64,000 nucleotides of DNA, from NCBI GenBank assembly GCA_016783675.1, contig JADHWE010000002.1, positions 19,690 through 83,689 on the forward strand. The letters are read 5' to 3'. A program made the position numbers and the translations under genes. Below the pieces are notes generated by a model. The model was not told the DNA's origin. It worked only from the letters and a program-made list of their open reading frames with translations, and did no database searches. This DNA is from Kiritimatiellia bacterium (GTDB taxonomy: Bacteria > Verrucomicrobiota > Kiritimatiellia > UBA8416 > JABMPJ01). Shown here piece after piece: positions 40,206 through 49,682 of this stretch (position 1 is the first letter of the stretch; each line of letters opens with the position of its first letter).

Positions 40206-41789
40206 CTACCGCCGCGGAGGGAGGAGCGACTCATCCGGAACGCGACAGGGCAGCTCGCGGCCGATGTACGCCTCGATATCGGGGATGATGAAGGATTCAT
40301 CCTCGCAGGCGAAGGAGATGGCCGTACCCTCCGTACCGACGCGGCCGGTGCGACCGATGCGATGGACGTAGTCTTCCGGCTCATACGGGAACTCGTAGTT
40401 GATGACGTGCGTCACGTCGTCAATATGGATCCCCCGCCCCGCCACATCGGTTGCCACCAGTACGCGGGTACGCCCGGACCGGAAGTCCTCGAGAATGTTC
40501 AACCGACGACGCTGCTCGACGGCACCCGAAAGCAAATCACAGGAGATTCGTTCACGCTTCAGCCGGTCGGTGAGGCGCTTGGTACGATCACGCCGGTTCC
40601 CGAAGATGAGCACCCGCCTGAACGACGGATCCTTCAGCAGGTTCATCAGCAGGGGAAACTTATCGCGCGATGTGACGCTGTAGACAATCTGTTCAACCGT
40701 CTCCGTTGCGACCTGATCGGGCTCGATCTCCACTTCAACCGGATCGCTCATCCACTGTGAGGCGAGTTGTTTGACGTCGTCGGTCAACGTCGCGCTGAAT
40801 AACATGGTGCGCCGCTGTTCCTTACGGGGGGTCTGACCAATGATGCGCCGCACATCCGGAATGAAGCCCATATCCAGCATGCGATCGGCTTCGTCGATCA
40901 CCATCATTTCGACTCTGCTCAGGTCAATCACCCGTTTCGACGCGTAGTCGAGCAGACGACCCGGCGTCGCGGCGATGATATCCACGAACCCCGCATTGAG
41001 CTGGCGTCGTTGCTTGTCGTAGTCCATACCGCCATACACCGCTTCACAGCGAATCCCGGTGTACTTGCCGAGTCCAACGGCGTCCTTGGCAATCTGGATC
41101 ACCAGCTCACGCGTCGGGGCAATCACCAATGCGCGCGGCGTCCCGTTCTTCCGCTCGCCCTGTACCGGGTTGCGGAGAAAATCGGCCATGATCGTGATAA
41201 GGAAAGCCGCGGTCTTGCCGGTACCGGTCTGGGCACGGCCGCTGATGTTCTCGCCCTGGCGTGCCTTGGTGAATACCTCGGCCTGGACAGGGGTGCAATA
41301 CTGGAAACCCAGGTCGCAGATTGCATGCATCAACTCTTCGGGCAGGTTGATGTCGTGAAAACGGGTCTTACCCTCTTCGGGCGGCACCTGGAACGAGGAC
41401 GGATCCCACGGCGTATTGTCGACCACGGGCTGCGGCACAACATCCGGAGCTCTGTCCGAGCGCGGCGGGCGACGACGACGGCCCTGACCCTCTTGTGGGG
41501 GGCGGTCACGGCGGTCCGGACGCGCCGGACGGTCACGGCGATCACCGCGAGGCGGGGAACCCGAACGCGGGGAGCGACGTTTGTCTCCGCCCGGTCGGTC
41601 TGATCCACCTTTCCGCTCGTCACCGGGTACCCAACTGTCGCCATGGCCCTGGGAGCGCTGAGACGGCTTGCGACGGCGTGAAGACGCACCACGCCCGGAG
41701 GCGCTCTGCGAAGACGAAGACGAAGGGGCTGCGGAAGCTGCCGGCTTCTTGCCCCGGAGCTTCCGGCCCAGTTGTTGAAGCAACCCCAT
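40206..41789 (-). CDS. DEAD-box ATP-dependent RNA helicase with a long Arg/Asp/Ser-rich N-terminal extension
   Basis: Q-motif, AQTGTGKT, DEAD, SAT and HRIGRTGR motifs. ~140 aa of low-complexity RS/RD repeats lie before the core. Confidence 0.8.
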   Translation of the reverse strand: MGLLQQLGRKLRGKKPAASAAPSSSSSQSASGRGASSRRRKPSQRSQGHGDSWVPGDERKGGSDRPGGDKRRSPRSGSPPRGDRRDRPARPDRRDRPPQEGQGRRRRPPRSDRAPDVVPQPVVDNTPWDPSSFQVPPEEGKTRFHDINLPEELMHAICDLGFQYCTPVQAEVFTKARQGENISGRAQTGTGKTAAFLITIMADFLRNPVQGERKNGTPRALVIAPTRELVIQIAKDAVGLGKYTGIRCEAVYGGMDYDKQRRQLNAGFVDIIAATPGRLLDYASKRVIDLSRVEMMVIDEADRMLDMGFIPDVRRIIGQTPRKEQRRTMLFSATLTDDVKQLASQWMSDPVEVEIEPDQVATETVEQIVYSVTSRDKFPLLMNLLKDPSFRRVLIFGNRRDRTKRLTDRLKRERISCDLLSGAVEQRRRLNILEDFRSGRTRVLVATDVAGRGIHIDDVTHVINYEFPYEPEDYVHRIGRTGRVGTEGTAISFACEDESFIIPDIEAYIGRELPCRVPDESLLPPRR

Positions 41790-42187
41790 TAGCGCTTCGA
41801 GAACTGGAAGCGCTTGCGCGCGCCCGGCTGACCGGCTTTCTTCCGTTCCTTCATGCGAGCGTCACGCGTGAGGCATCCACTGTTCTTGAGCACCTCGCGC
41901 AGCGAAGGATCGTCCGCTGCGAGAGCCCTGGCCACGGCGTGGCGCAGTGCGCCGGCCTGACCGCTGATACCGCCGCCCTTGAGGCGTGCGATAACGTCGT
42001 ACTTTTCAACCGTGTTGGTGATCTGAAGCGGCTGTTCGATGTACGTGCGCATCGCTTCACTGGGAAAGTACTCCTTCAGCTCGCGCTTGTTGACTTTCCA
42101 CGATCCACTGCCCGGAACCAATTCGGCCCGTGCTACTGCGGTCTTCCTGCGGCCAGTTGCGGCGCTTTTGTTTGCTTGCTCAGCCAC
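41789..42187 (-). CDS. rpsI: 30S ribosomal protein S9
   Basis: GRRKTAVARAEL...ends KKAGQPGARKRFQFSKR. Confidence 0.9.
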   Translation of the reverse strand: MAEQANKSAATGRRKTAVARAELVPGSGSWKVNKRELKEYFPSEAMRTYIEQPLQITNTVEKYDVIARLKGGGISGQAGALRHAVARALAADDPSLREVLKNSGCLTRDARMKERKKAGQPGARKRFQFSKR

Positions 42188-42190
42188 GTG

Positions 42191-42640
42191 CTACTCCTGA
42201 TCTTCTTTAGAGAACCAATCCACCTGCTGGGGGTTCTGAGCTTCATGCGGGTGTTCGGGTCCCGCATAGACTTTGAGGCGCCGCGCCGCATGACGGCTCA
42301 GCGTATTCTTGGGCAACATGCCGCGGACGGCCAACCGAATCATACGGTCAGGATGCCGCTCGCGCATCACGGAAGCCTTAACTTCCTTCAAACCACCGCG
42401 CCAACCGGAGTAGCGGTGATAGATCTTTTTGTCATCTTTATTGCCGGTAAGCTTTACCTTATCGGCATTGACAACCACTACGAAATCGCCCGTATCCACG
42501 TGCGGGGTATAGGTCGGTTTGTCCTTACCACGCAGTGCATCCGCAATCTTAACAGCGACCCGGCCAAGCGGCTTATCGGCCACGTCAACGAGCAGCCATG
42601 CGCGGTCCGGCCCAGGGTCTTTTGCCACAAAACTCTTCAT
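42191..42640 (-). CDS. rplM: 50S ribosomal protein L13
   Basis: MKSFVAKDP...RAWLLVDVADKPLGRVA. 149 aa from the internal Met. A possible TTGACA-N18-TATGTT promoter lies upstream at ~42650-42690. Confidence 0.9.
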   Translation of the reverse strand: MKSFVAKDPGPDRAWLLVDVADKPLGRVAVKIADALRGKDKPTYTPHVDTGDFVVVVNADKVKLTGNKDDKKIYHRYSGWRGGLKEVKASVMRERHPDRMIRLAVRGMLPKNTLSRHAARRLKVYAGPEHPHEAQNPQQVDWFSKEDQE

Positions 42641-42720
42641 GTCCAAATCCTTCCCACCAAAAGACCGGGAAACATACAGGAAGCCGCTCCGGGGTGTCAA
42701 CACCCAAGCAGAGGGTTTTT

Positions 42721-45219
42721 TCACGGACTAAGGGTCTCTTCCTCTATCTCCTTGTCCACCTTGTCCAGAATCTTGTCCCACCGCTTGTTCTCGCGGGACA
42801 CAAAATCAGCAATCTCGGGATGCAGCCCGCTCAGGTTATCCTTGGGCTTCTCCTTCGCGCGACGCTTCGCCTCCTTCGCCATTTCCTTCTGGCGCCGCTT
42901 GGCCTCCTTCGCGGCCTCGGCGGCCGCCTTGCGGTCGGCTTCGTTCGGCTCGGCCAGGCGGCTGTTCGACCACCCGCGCTCCCACATACCCTCGATGCTG
43001 GCCGCATCGGCGCGGCGACGTGCATCGTCCTCCATCTCCTCGGGCGTGTTGAGTACGTAAGGTGTGATGAACACGATCACTTCGTTGCGCGCATTCTCGT
43101 CGCGCTGCGACTTGAACAGACGCCCCAGCAGCGGAATATCGCCCAGCAAGGGCACCTTGCTCTCCGTGTTGACGGTCTGGTTGACGACCAGCCCGCCCAG
43201 TACAATGGTATCGCCGCTGCCAACCGCAATATCCGCCTCCAGTTTGCGGCTCGTGATGATTGGCCAGTCGGTATCGTTGATAGTCTGGACGCCGGAGACG
43301 TTGTCGATCTGCTGCGCGATCTCCATGACAACGAACTTCTTGGCATTGATACGCGGGGTGACCGTCAGGGACACGCCAACCTTCTTCGTCTCGACATCGT
43401 CTTCGTAGAAGGGGTTGTCCCCACCGCCAACATATTTCTTGCCCTTGTAGAAATAGCGTTCGGTAGAAACGTCAATGGTGGCGTCCTTGTTGTCGGTCGT
43501 CAGGATCACGGGCGACTGGAGGATCTTTGTACGCGAATCGGTCGAGACCAGCCGCAACACCATGTCCAGGTTCAGATCGAAGAAGGTCATGTAGTATGTC
43601 AGACCGGACATCGGATCGCTCGGAAACTTGCTGATCTCGGAAAAGGAGAGGCTGTCGCTGGGTGCCATGTCTCCCCCGCCACCAGAGCCGGCGAAGGAAG
43701 CGATCGGCGAACGCGAGCCGAACTCGTCCTGGTTGTAGGCGATGATCGAACGCTGTAACCAGTCGAACCCGGATTCGAAGGTGTCACCCAGGTTCACCTC
43801 GAGCACCACCGCTTCGACGAGCACCTGTGAGAGCATCATGTCCATGTCGCCAATGATCTCTTCGATCGTTACCAGGTCGGCCTTGCTGGCCATGATGATC
43901 AGGGCATTCGTGCGTTCGTCGGCCAGGATCTTGATATTATCCTTGGAGAGTTCGCCAACCTTCGACCTCCCTTCGGCACTTACGGTCGCGGTCGCGGTCG
44001 TCTTCTTGACATTGCGCAGGGCCGTGCTGCCTTCTCCAGCCACGGGCTTCTTTCCGCCGGCCGCGGGGACTTCCTCCTTGGCCGCGCCAATCAGGTCGTT
44101 CAGCATGGAGCCGACATCCTTGGCTTCGGCAAACTCAAGACGGATCACACGCACAACCACATCCGGCGAGGTCTCCACGTCGAGGACCTGCACGATCTTC
44201 TCGAAGTACTTCATGTTCTCCGGGCGCGTGATGATGATCAGGATATTGGTGCGGTCGTCGGCCACGATCTTGACCTTGCCGCGAATGATCCCACGCTCAG
44301 CCTGCGCCACGATCTCCTCGGTGACTGCGGGCTGGGCCGGCGCTGTCGGGACCGTGCGCGCGCGTATAACACCGGCAGGGGTCCTCTTGACCGTGCCCGG
44401 ACTGCCGGAGGTCTTGCGGACGGCAACGGCCTTCTTCTGGTCCTCCTGCGAATCGGCGATCAGCTCCTCGAGCTTGCTCTTAATCTCGCTGGCCTTACTG
44501 AACTTGATGGCGATAACGTGTGGCTCTTCGCGGGCCTCGATCGGTTGGTCGATGTACTGCAGGATCTTCATGATCCGGTTGATGTTCGCGGCCGTATCCG
44601 TCACGAGCAGGCTGTTCATGGTCTCAAACGTGTGAATCTGCCCGTACGTATGCTTGAGCGGATCAACCGCGGCCTTGGCCTCGGCCATGCCGATGTGCTT
44701 GAGCGTAATGAGCTGGCTGACCAGCTCGTCGGTCTCGTTTAGTCCAACAAACTGTTCCAGGATCTTGCCCGTCAGGTTGGTGACCGGATTGCCTTCCTCG
44801 TCGAGGATGATCTCAAACTCCTGCTCCCCGATCCGCATGGCTTCCTGGCGCGCCTCGGCGATCGGCACCACCTTCACAAACTTGTCGCCCACCTTCACAA
44901 GACCGATGCCATGCATGGCGAGGATGGCCTCGGTGGCCTGGAGATACTCGTCCAGCGTCAGTCCGCCCTGGCTGCGCAGGGTGATCATGGTCTTCGGGAC
45001 CTTCGGCCCCATCAACAGTGTCCGATTGGTTTTCTGGCTGTAGTCGTTGAGCACGATATCCAGTGTGGCCTGGTTGAACTTCAGGCTATAGAGGAGATCG
45101 CGGCCACCCGGATTGGACTGACCCCACAGGACCGAGCTCGGCAGCAGCAGGAGCGCCGCCACGAAGAGTCCCATCAGCCCGTTGCGATTCCTTGTTACAA
45201 GCAGATCCATCATCATCAC
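42721..45219 (-). CDS. gspD: Type II secretion system secretin GspD with a charged C-terminal extension
   Basis: Signal peptide, N0-N3 domains, secretin core (VPLLGDIPLLGRLFKSQRDEN), then a ~110-aa K/E/R/A-rich tail. Last gene of the gsp operon. Confidence 0.85.
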   Translation of the reverse strand: MMMMDLLVTRNRNGLMGLFVAALLLLPSSVLWGQSNPGGRDLLYSLKFNQATLDIVLNDYSQKTNRTLLMGPKVPKTMITLRSQGGLTLDEYLQATEAILAMHGIGLVKVGDKFVKVVPIAEARQEAMRIGEQEFEIILDEEGNPVTNLTGKILEQFVGLNETDELVSQLITLKHIGMAEAKAAVDPLKHTYGQIHTFETMNSLLVTDTAANINRIMKILQYIDQPIEAREEPHVIAIKFSKASEIKSKLEELIADSQEDQKKAVAVRKTSGSPGTVKRTPAGVIRARTVPTAPAQPAVTEEIVAQAERGIIRGKVKIVADDRTNILIIITRPENMKYFEKIVQVLDVETSPDVVVRVIRLEFAEAKDVGSMLNDLIGAAKEEVPAAGGKKPVAGEGSTALRNVKKTTATATVSAEGRSKVGELSKDNIKILADERTNALIIMASKADLVTIEEIIGDMDMMLSQVLVEAVVLEVNLGDTFESGFDWLQRSIIAYNQDEFGSRSPIASFAGSGGGGDMAPSDSLSFSEISKFPSDPMSGLTYYMTFFDLNLDMVLRLVSTDSRTKILQSPVILTTDNKDATIDVSTERYFYKGKKYVGGGDNPFYEDDVETKKVGVSLTVTPRINAKKFVVMEIAQQIDNVSGVQTINDTDWPIITSRKLEADIAVGSGDTIVLGGLVVNQTVNTESKVPLLGDIPLLGRLFKSQRDENARNEVIVFITPYVLNTPEEMEDDARRRADAASIEGMWERGWSNSRLAEPNEADRKAAAEAAKEAKRRQKEMAKEAKRRAKEKPKDNLSGLHPEIADFVSRENKRWDKILDKVDKEIEEETLSP

Positions 45220-45767
45220 TCCGAGCCGTCTGCGGCAGCAGTCTCGTCCCCGCGCGTGTAAGCACAGGAGAGGGAAAAACGGCCCCGCAGCACTTTTCCG
45301 GCCTTCGGTTTTATATGCAGAAAGCGAACATCCAACATAGCACCGCGCGACTGCAAATCAAAGAGGAAATGGACCAGGGAGTCAAGGCTGCCCTCCCATT
45401 CGTTGCACTCAATCGGCAACTCGTACACGTCGCCCTGCTGCCGTTCTTCCCCTGCTTCGATGCGGCGAATTTCCAGCCCGTGTTTCCGGGCGACGGAGTC
45501 GATCGTCGACAGCCACAGGATATCGGTCTTCATCTTCGTGCCGTACTGCGGCATGGCCTCGCTCAACTCGTCGAATCGCGCTTCCCACTCCTCACGCTTC
45601 TCGACCAGGCCGCCATCGCGATCGATTTCGTCCTCGAGCCGCGCCTGTACCTTCTGGAGGCGCTGCCACTCGGCCAGGCGCGGACGGGCCAGCAGGAGCG
45701 TGCCGCCGAACAGCCCCACGGTCAGGGTGATCATACCAAGTGTCAATTCGCGGGAGGTGATCTTCAT
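45216..45767 (-). CDS. gspM: GspM-like T2SS inner-membrane protein
   Basis: Single TM (LTLGMITLTVGLFGGTLLL) plus a periplasmic domain. ATG overlaps the gspL stop (ATGA). Confidence 0.5.
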   Translation of the reverse strand: MKITSRELTLGMITLTVGLFGGTLLLARPRLAEWQRLQKVQARLEDEIDRDGGLVEKREEWEARFDELSEAMPQYGTKMKTDILWLSTIDSVARKHGLEIRRIEAGEERQQGDVYELPIECNEWEGSLDSLVHFLFDLQSRGAMLDVRFLHIKPKAGKVLRGRFSLSCAYTRGDETAAADGSE

Positions 45768-47149
45768 GACGACTCCTCCCCCTGCGGCAACGTCAGGACC
45801 ATGTCGAAGTTCCAATGGCGACGGCGGCGGTCCTGGATCTGCGTACCGAGTTCAACCTGCGGGAAGAACCCGGATGTATCCAGGGCCTCTTTAAAGCCGT
45901 AGATCCGGCTACGCTCACCCGCCTGCCCCACCACGCGAATCGTATCGCCCTTGGTGTACGTGAACGAGACGAGGTCCACACCTTCGGGTTGGATGCCGCT
46001 GATTTCGCGCAGACACTCCAGCGCGGAGTGCGACATGTCGGTGTAGCGGTCGATCATGAGAACCCGTCGGCGCAGTTCGCGCACCGCCATGGCGGGAGCT
46101 TCCCAGGTCTTGCGCCTGGCCTGAAGCCGGCTGATGGACCCTTTGCGCCAGCCAAACAGCGCCACAAGCCCGATCATGCAGAGCAACCATACGCCCAGCA
46201 CGCCGGCCAAGCCGCCGAGCATCTGCCGGCGATGGCGCGCCGATGTATCCGCATCCAGCCACGCCTGCGGGGTCAGGTCGATTCCCCCCCCCGTAACCAG
46301 GCGCCTCGCAATGCCTTCGCATACCGGCGGCAGGCCGTCGAGCGCATGCGACGTGATGTCGCCGACACCCTCCGCTTGCAGTGCATTCTCGATCGCGGCG
46401 AGCTGGTCTTCGCAGGCCCAGAGCACGACCCCGCACGGCTGGCTACCGTGTTCCAGTTCGACCGTGATCAGCGTATGCCTCAGCTCCTGCCCGATATCTG
46501 CGACCCGCTCCGCGGGCACAGTATCGGAGCCAAGATCAAGGGAGCGGAATACCAGCGGTACGGCGTCCTGCACAATGATTAGCTCGGCCGTAGCCCCGGC
46601 GATAACAACCAATGCCGCGCGGCCTTCGGCCGGAACGTTACCCTCATCCTGAAGCAGCCGCCACCAGCCGAGGGCACAGCTATCGATTCCTGTCGGACGC
46701 AGGCCCGCTTCAACCAGCAATCTGGCGTGCGCATCAACCGCCTCGTCCCGCGCGGCAGCTACGAGCACGCGGCATTGATCCTCGGAGCGATCAAGGACCT
46801 CGTGCGATACGGCCATCGTCTCGATCGGGAAAGGCGAGAACTTGTCCGCCTGCAGTTCGACCATTTCGGCCAGCTCATCGTCTTCCACGGCGGGCAGATC
46901 AACCACGCGCAGCAGCACCTCGGTGGAGGGAAGGCCCAGCGCCGTATCGCCTTTGACGGCCCCACAGGCTGACCGGATATGCTCGACCGCAGCCGCGTGC
47001 GCGGCCTCGGGATCGAGCGCTTCCTCGTCGAGAGACAGGACTTCCATGCCCTGGTCGACGCGGCGAAGACGATCGCCGCCCTGGACCAGCACGGCCCACT
47101 CAAGGCGATCACCCTCCAGCACAAAACCTGTTGCCCGTCCCCTGGCCAC
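45764..47149 (-). CDS. gspL: GspL-like T2SS protein (cytoplasmic actin-like domain, TM, periplasmic domain)
   Basis: 461 aa with a central TM (LGGLAGVLGVWLLCMIGLVALF). Positioned between gspK and gspM. Confidence 0.55.
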   Translation of the reverse strand: MARGRATGFVLEGDRLEWAVLVQGGDRLRRVDQGMEVLSLDEEALDPEAAHAAAVEHIRSACGAVKGDTALGLPSTEVLLRVVDLPAVEDDELAEMVELQADKFSPFPIETMAVSHEVLDRSEDQCRVLVAAARDEAVDAHARLLVEAGLRPTGIDSCALGWWRLLQDEGNVPAEGRAALVVIAGATAELIIVQDAVPLVFRSLDLGSDTVPAERVADIGQELRHTLITVELEHGSQPCGVVLWACEDQLAAIENALQAEGVGDITSHALDGLPPVCEGIARRLVTGGGIDLTPQAWLDADTSARHRRQMLGGLAGVLGVWLLCMIGLVALFGWRKGSISRLQARRKTWEAPAMAVRELRRRVLMIDRYTDMSHSALECLREISGIQPEGVDLVSFTYTKGDTIRVVGQAGERSRIYGFKEALDTSGFFPQVELGTQIQDRRRRHWNFDMVLTLPQGEESS

Positions 47150-47150
47150 G

Positions 47151-48275
47151 TTACTCCTCTCGCCACCTCAAAAAACGCAAAGCGCCCTGCTCACGCTCGG
47201 CAATGCACCATATCCGGCGCTCCACCCCGCCAACCCGACCGATGCTCGTAATGCGATATATGCTCGAATCCACCGTTATGAAGGGCGTTACCTCCGACGT
47301 CAGATCAGGGATCCGCGCCAACATGTCGCTCGTACTCTTGAAGGAGGTGTCCTCGTCAGAGCCCTCCTCAAGGAGCGCTCCTTCACGCTCTTCAATAATC
47401 GCGCCCGCAATCAGTTCATCGACTTCCGGCAGGGTCATCAGCACCCGCTGTGACGCCGCGTTGATGTTGACCTTGCCGTCGCCGTATGTCGTCAGCAGGT
47501 CCTCAATGCCCGTCACCATCCATGGCTCACCCTCTTCGTCCTCAATCTCATCGAGCGGGCCACCAAATAGTATCGCCCGGCTGAAACCCTTTACAAGGAG
47601 AAGTTCGCCAACCGTGTCCAGTGGACCGTTTTTAGCCATGTAAGGCGAGTCCAGTGTCGTATAATAATCCTCTGTTTCCGCCCCGTCCGTGCGGGGCTCG
47701 TCGTCGGTGTCGATCCAATCCTGGAGCGACTCGATAATCTCGGGCCAGAAATCCTCGGGAACGTTGGAGACCTCGAGCATCCGCTCCCAGTCCTCCTCCT
47801 TGAGCTGATTCACGTTGCGGCGCGCCGGTTCAGGAACAATATAGAGCAGGATCTCCCCGTCACCCAGCTCCTCGACCAGTCCGCGCACCGCCAATCCCTG
47901 GCTGAGACGCTTGGCCGCATCATGCCAGCGATCGTCTTCTTCGGGCTCCTCGCCCTCGCCCATCTCGCCGACTTCTTTCTGTTTGATCATGAGCATGCGG
48001 GCCACTTCGATGCCCGACTTGGCCAGGTAGTCGGCCTTCGTCCGGTTGCGATAGTAATAGGTAATGCGTCCCTCGACGTGTGAGTCGAAGGCGAACCCGC
48101 CGATCAACACCGCCATCAGCGCGACACTCCACAGCACGAGCATCAGGGCCGAGCCGTTCTGTACCGAGAAGTCCTGCTTCATGTGTAGGGCGCCACCGCG
48201 TGGCGCTGGCCGCACGCGGTGCGGCCCTACAACGAGAGCGAAGCTCTTCTTCTGTCGTGTGCCTTCTCTGCTCAT
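47151..48275 (-). CDS. gspK: Minor pseudopilin GspK
   Basis: NGSALMLVLWSVALMAVL prepilin-like helix lacking Glu5. GKVNINAAS motif. ATGA overlap with the gspJ stop. An alternative start at the internal MKQDF (48182) would give a 10-aa leader. Confidence 0.6.
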   Translation of the reverse strand: MSREGTRQKKSFALVVGPHRVRPAPRGGALHMKQDFSVQNGSALMLVLWSVALMAVLIGGFAFDSHVEGRITYYYRNRTKADYLAKSGIEVARMLMIKQKEVGEMGEGEEPEEDDRWHDAAKRLSQGLAVRGLVEELGDGEILLYIVPEPARRNVNQLKEEDWERMLEVSNVPEDFWPEIIESLQDWIDTDDEPRTDGAETEDYYTTLDSPYMAKNGPLDTVGELLLVKGFSRAILFGGPLDEIEDEEGEPWMVTGIEDLLTTYGDGKVNINAASQRVLMTLPEVDELIAGAIIEEREGALLEEGSDEDTSFKSTSDMLARIPDLTSEVTPFITVDSSIYRITSIGRVGGVERRIWCIAEREQGALRFLRWREE

Positions 48276-49186
48276 TTAGCCTTGTCCACCGCGGGCGGCG
48301 CCGCGTTGCCGCCACTGCTGCTTCCTGAACCGGGGTTCGATTTCAGTTTTCTCTCTCTTGAGGAATCCTTGTCAGACTTCGACGGCTGCGCCGACGTACT
48401 GCGTCCCCATGAGAGCGGGGCGAGTGGAACCTGCACGACGCGTTTCAACTCAATCGGGTCTTCATCCTCATCGATCGGATTCATCCAAAGCGTCACTTCG
48501 ACGGAATACGGCAACCGGTTGGTATCTTCCCACTCATCGATCCACTCGATTTTCTCTTCCATGTCGGCCTCGGGGTCCTGCATGCGACAGTTGAAACCAA
48601 CAATACGGCGGGCAATGAAACGGGGTTCTATGTCCTCGGGGTCGAAATCTTCCGGTTGTCCCAACAGGCTCCAGGCGCGAATGGCCGCGGCGGCCTCGCC
48701 CTCTTCGTCTTCCCCTACGAAGAACTCGACCCGATGGGGCGCCTCCGGGTTCTCCAGGTCACGGCTGTCGCGTCCCACCAGCGCAGCGCCGAGCTTCACC
48801 CATGTCACCATGTCGCTGGAGCTGGGGGACTCCCCGTTGTCCTCGATCGAAAATCCATACTTCTCCTGCCCCACCGCCGAGTCGGGCATGTAGGCCGACC
48901 GCAAGCCCAGCACGAGTTGATCCATCACGAAATCGCCGTGGTGCAGGCTATCGCTGAGCATCATGCCCTTGCGCCAGGCCGTCGACACCACCTGGAACGC
49001 CATCAGCGTAATACCCGTAATCGCCGCAAGAATGGTAACCGCCACGAGCACTTCCAGGAGCGTGAAGCCGCGAGTTCTATCTCTACCCCCAGCGGAGGCC
49101 AAGGGGAAGGTCACGCAGGCCTTAGCGGTTCGGTATTCCGAACCGGTCCAGCCAAGTGGCCTTCCTCTTGGCCGGAGCTCACTCAT
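48272..49186 (-). CDS. gspJ: Minor pseudopilin GspJ-like
   Basis: RG|FTLLEVLVAVTILAAITG prepilin motif. The start is uncertain: the in-frame ORF extends to 49261 through a palindromic repeat, and GTG at 49114 or TTG at 49102 would give short leaders. Confidence 0.5.
   Translation of the reverse strand: MSELRPRGRPLGWTGSEYRTAKACVTFPLASAGGRDRTRGFTLLEVLVAVTILAAITGITLMAFQVVSTAWRKGMMLSDSLHHGDFVMDQLVLGLRSAYMPDSAVGQEKYGFSIEDNGESPSSSDMVTWVKLGAALVGRDSRDLENPEAPHRVEFFVGEDEEGEAAAAIRAWSLLGQPEDFDPEDIEPRFIARRIVGFNCRMQDPEADMEEKIEWIDEWEDTNRLPYSVEVTLWMNPIDEDEDPIELKRVVQVPLAPLSWGRSTSAQPSKSDKDSSRERKLKSNPGSGSSSGGNAAPPAVDKAK
49083..49180. repeat. GC-rich palindromic repeat element (single unit) in the gspI-gspJ junction
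   Basis: ctacccccagcggaggccaaggggaagg...cggttcgg-tatt-ccgaaccg...ccagccaagtggccttcctcttggccggagc. Related to the tandem array at 50772-51005. Confidence 0.6.
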
Positions 49187-49682
49187 CGTCTTCATCCTCG
49201 TGATAAACATACTGCACGACCTCGTCCACACGGTCCGCCCCGCGCGCGCTCCATCCGACACGCGTGGTTACGACATACAGGTCGTCTTCGTCCTCGTCCT
49301 CTTCTTCCACCACGCGCTCGAACGTCATACCGTTGTCGAGCGTCATCAGCGTCACTTCCAGCTCCTCCAGCTCGTTCGTCACGATCAACGGATACTCGAC
49401 CTCGGCCTGGCTACGTACGAGCTGGGCTTCCTGGTAGTGGGTAGCGATCGACAGAACGAGCAGACATTTGCTCGCCGCCGTCAGCAACACCCCCAACGAC
49501 ACCCCCAATATCGCCGCCGCAAACACCACCTCAATCAGCGAGAAGCCGGCGCGGTTGAGCCGCCTTGTTTTGACAGGATTGACAGGATGGACAGGATTGC
49601 CCGGCTCCGCCAGGCATCGGCGAATAGCCCTGGCAGCGGCCGAAGGCCGCTGCCATCCCGTTAATCCTGTTAATCCTGTCAA
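49179..49682 (-). CDS. gspI: Minor pseudopilin GspI-like
   Basis: AG|FSLIEVVFAAAILGVSLGVL prepilin motif. The only in-frame start is TTG at 49682 (46-aa leader), which lies inside a long hairpin; the start is uncertain. Confidence 0.5.
   Translation of the reverse strand: MTGLTGLTGWQRPSAAARAIRRCLAEPGNPVHPVNPVKTRRLNRAGFSLIEVVFAAAILGVSLGVLLTAASKCLLVLSIATHYQEAQLVRSQAEVEYPLIVTNELEELEVTLMTLDNGMTFERVVEEEDEDEDDLYVVTTRVGWSARGADRVDEVVQYVYHEDEDDE

Noticed and set aside
40076-40384. 103-aa N-terminal extension on ArgJ
   Set aside because: Ser/Arg/Pro-rich with no ArgJ homology. A conserved ArgJ N-terminus with an RBS begins at 40075. The extension overlaps the DEAD-box helicase 3' end.
42641-42720. 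Strong sigma-70 promoter TTGACA-N18-TATGTT for rplM
   Set aside because: The spacer is 18 nt and the -10 is weak. It is mentioned only as a candidate, not listed as a confident feature.
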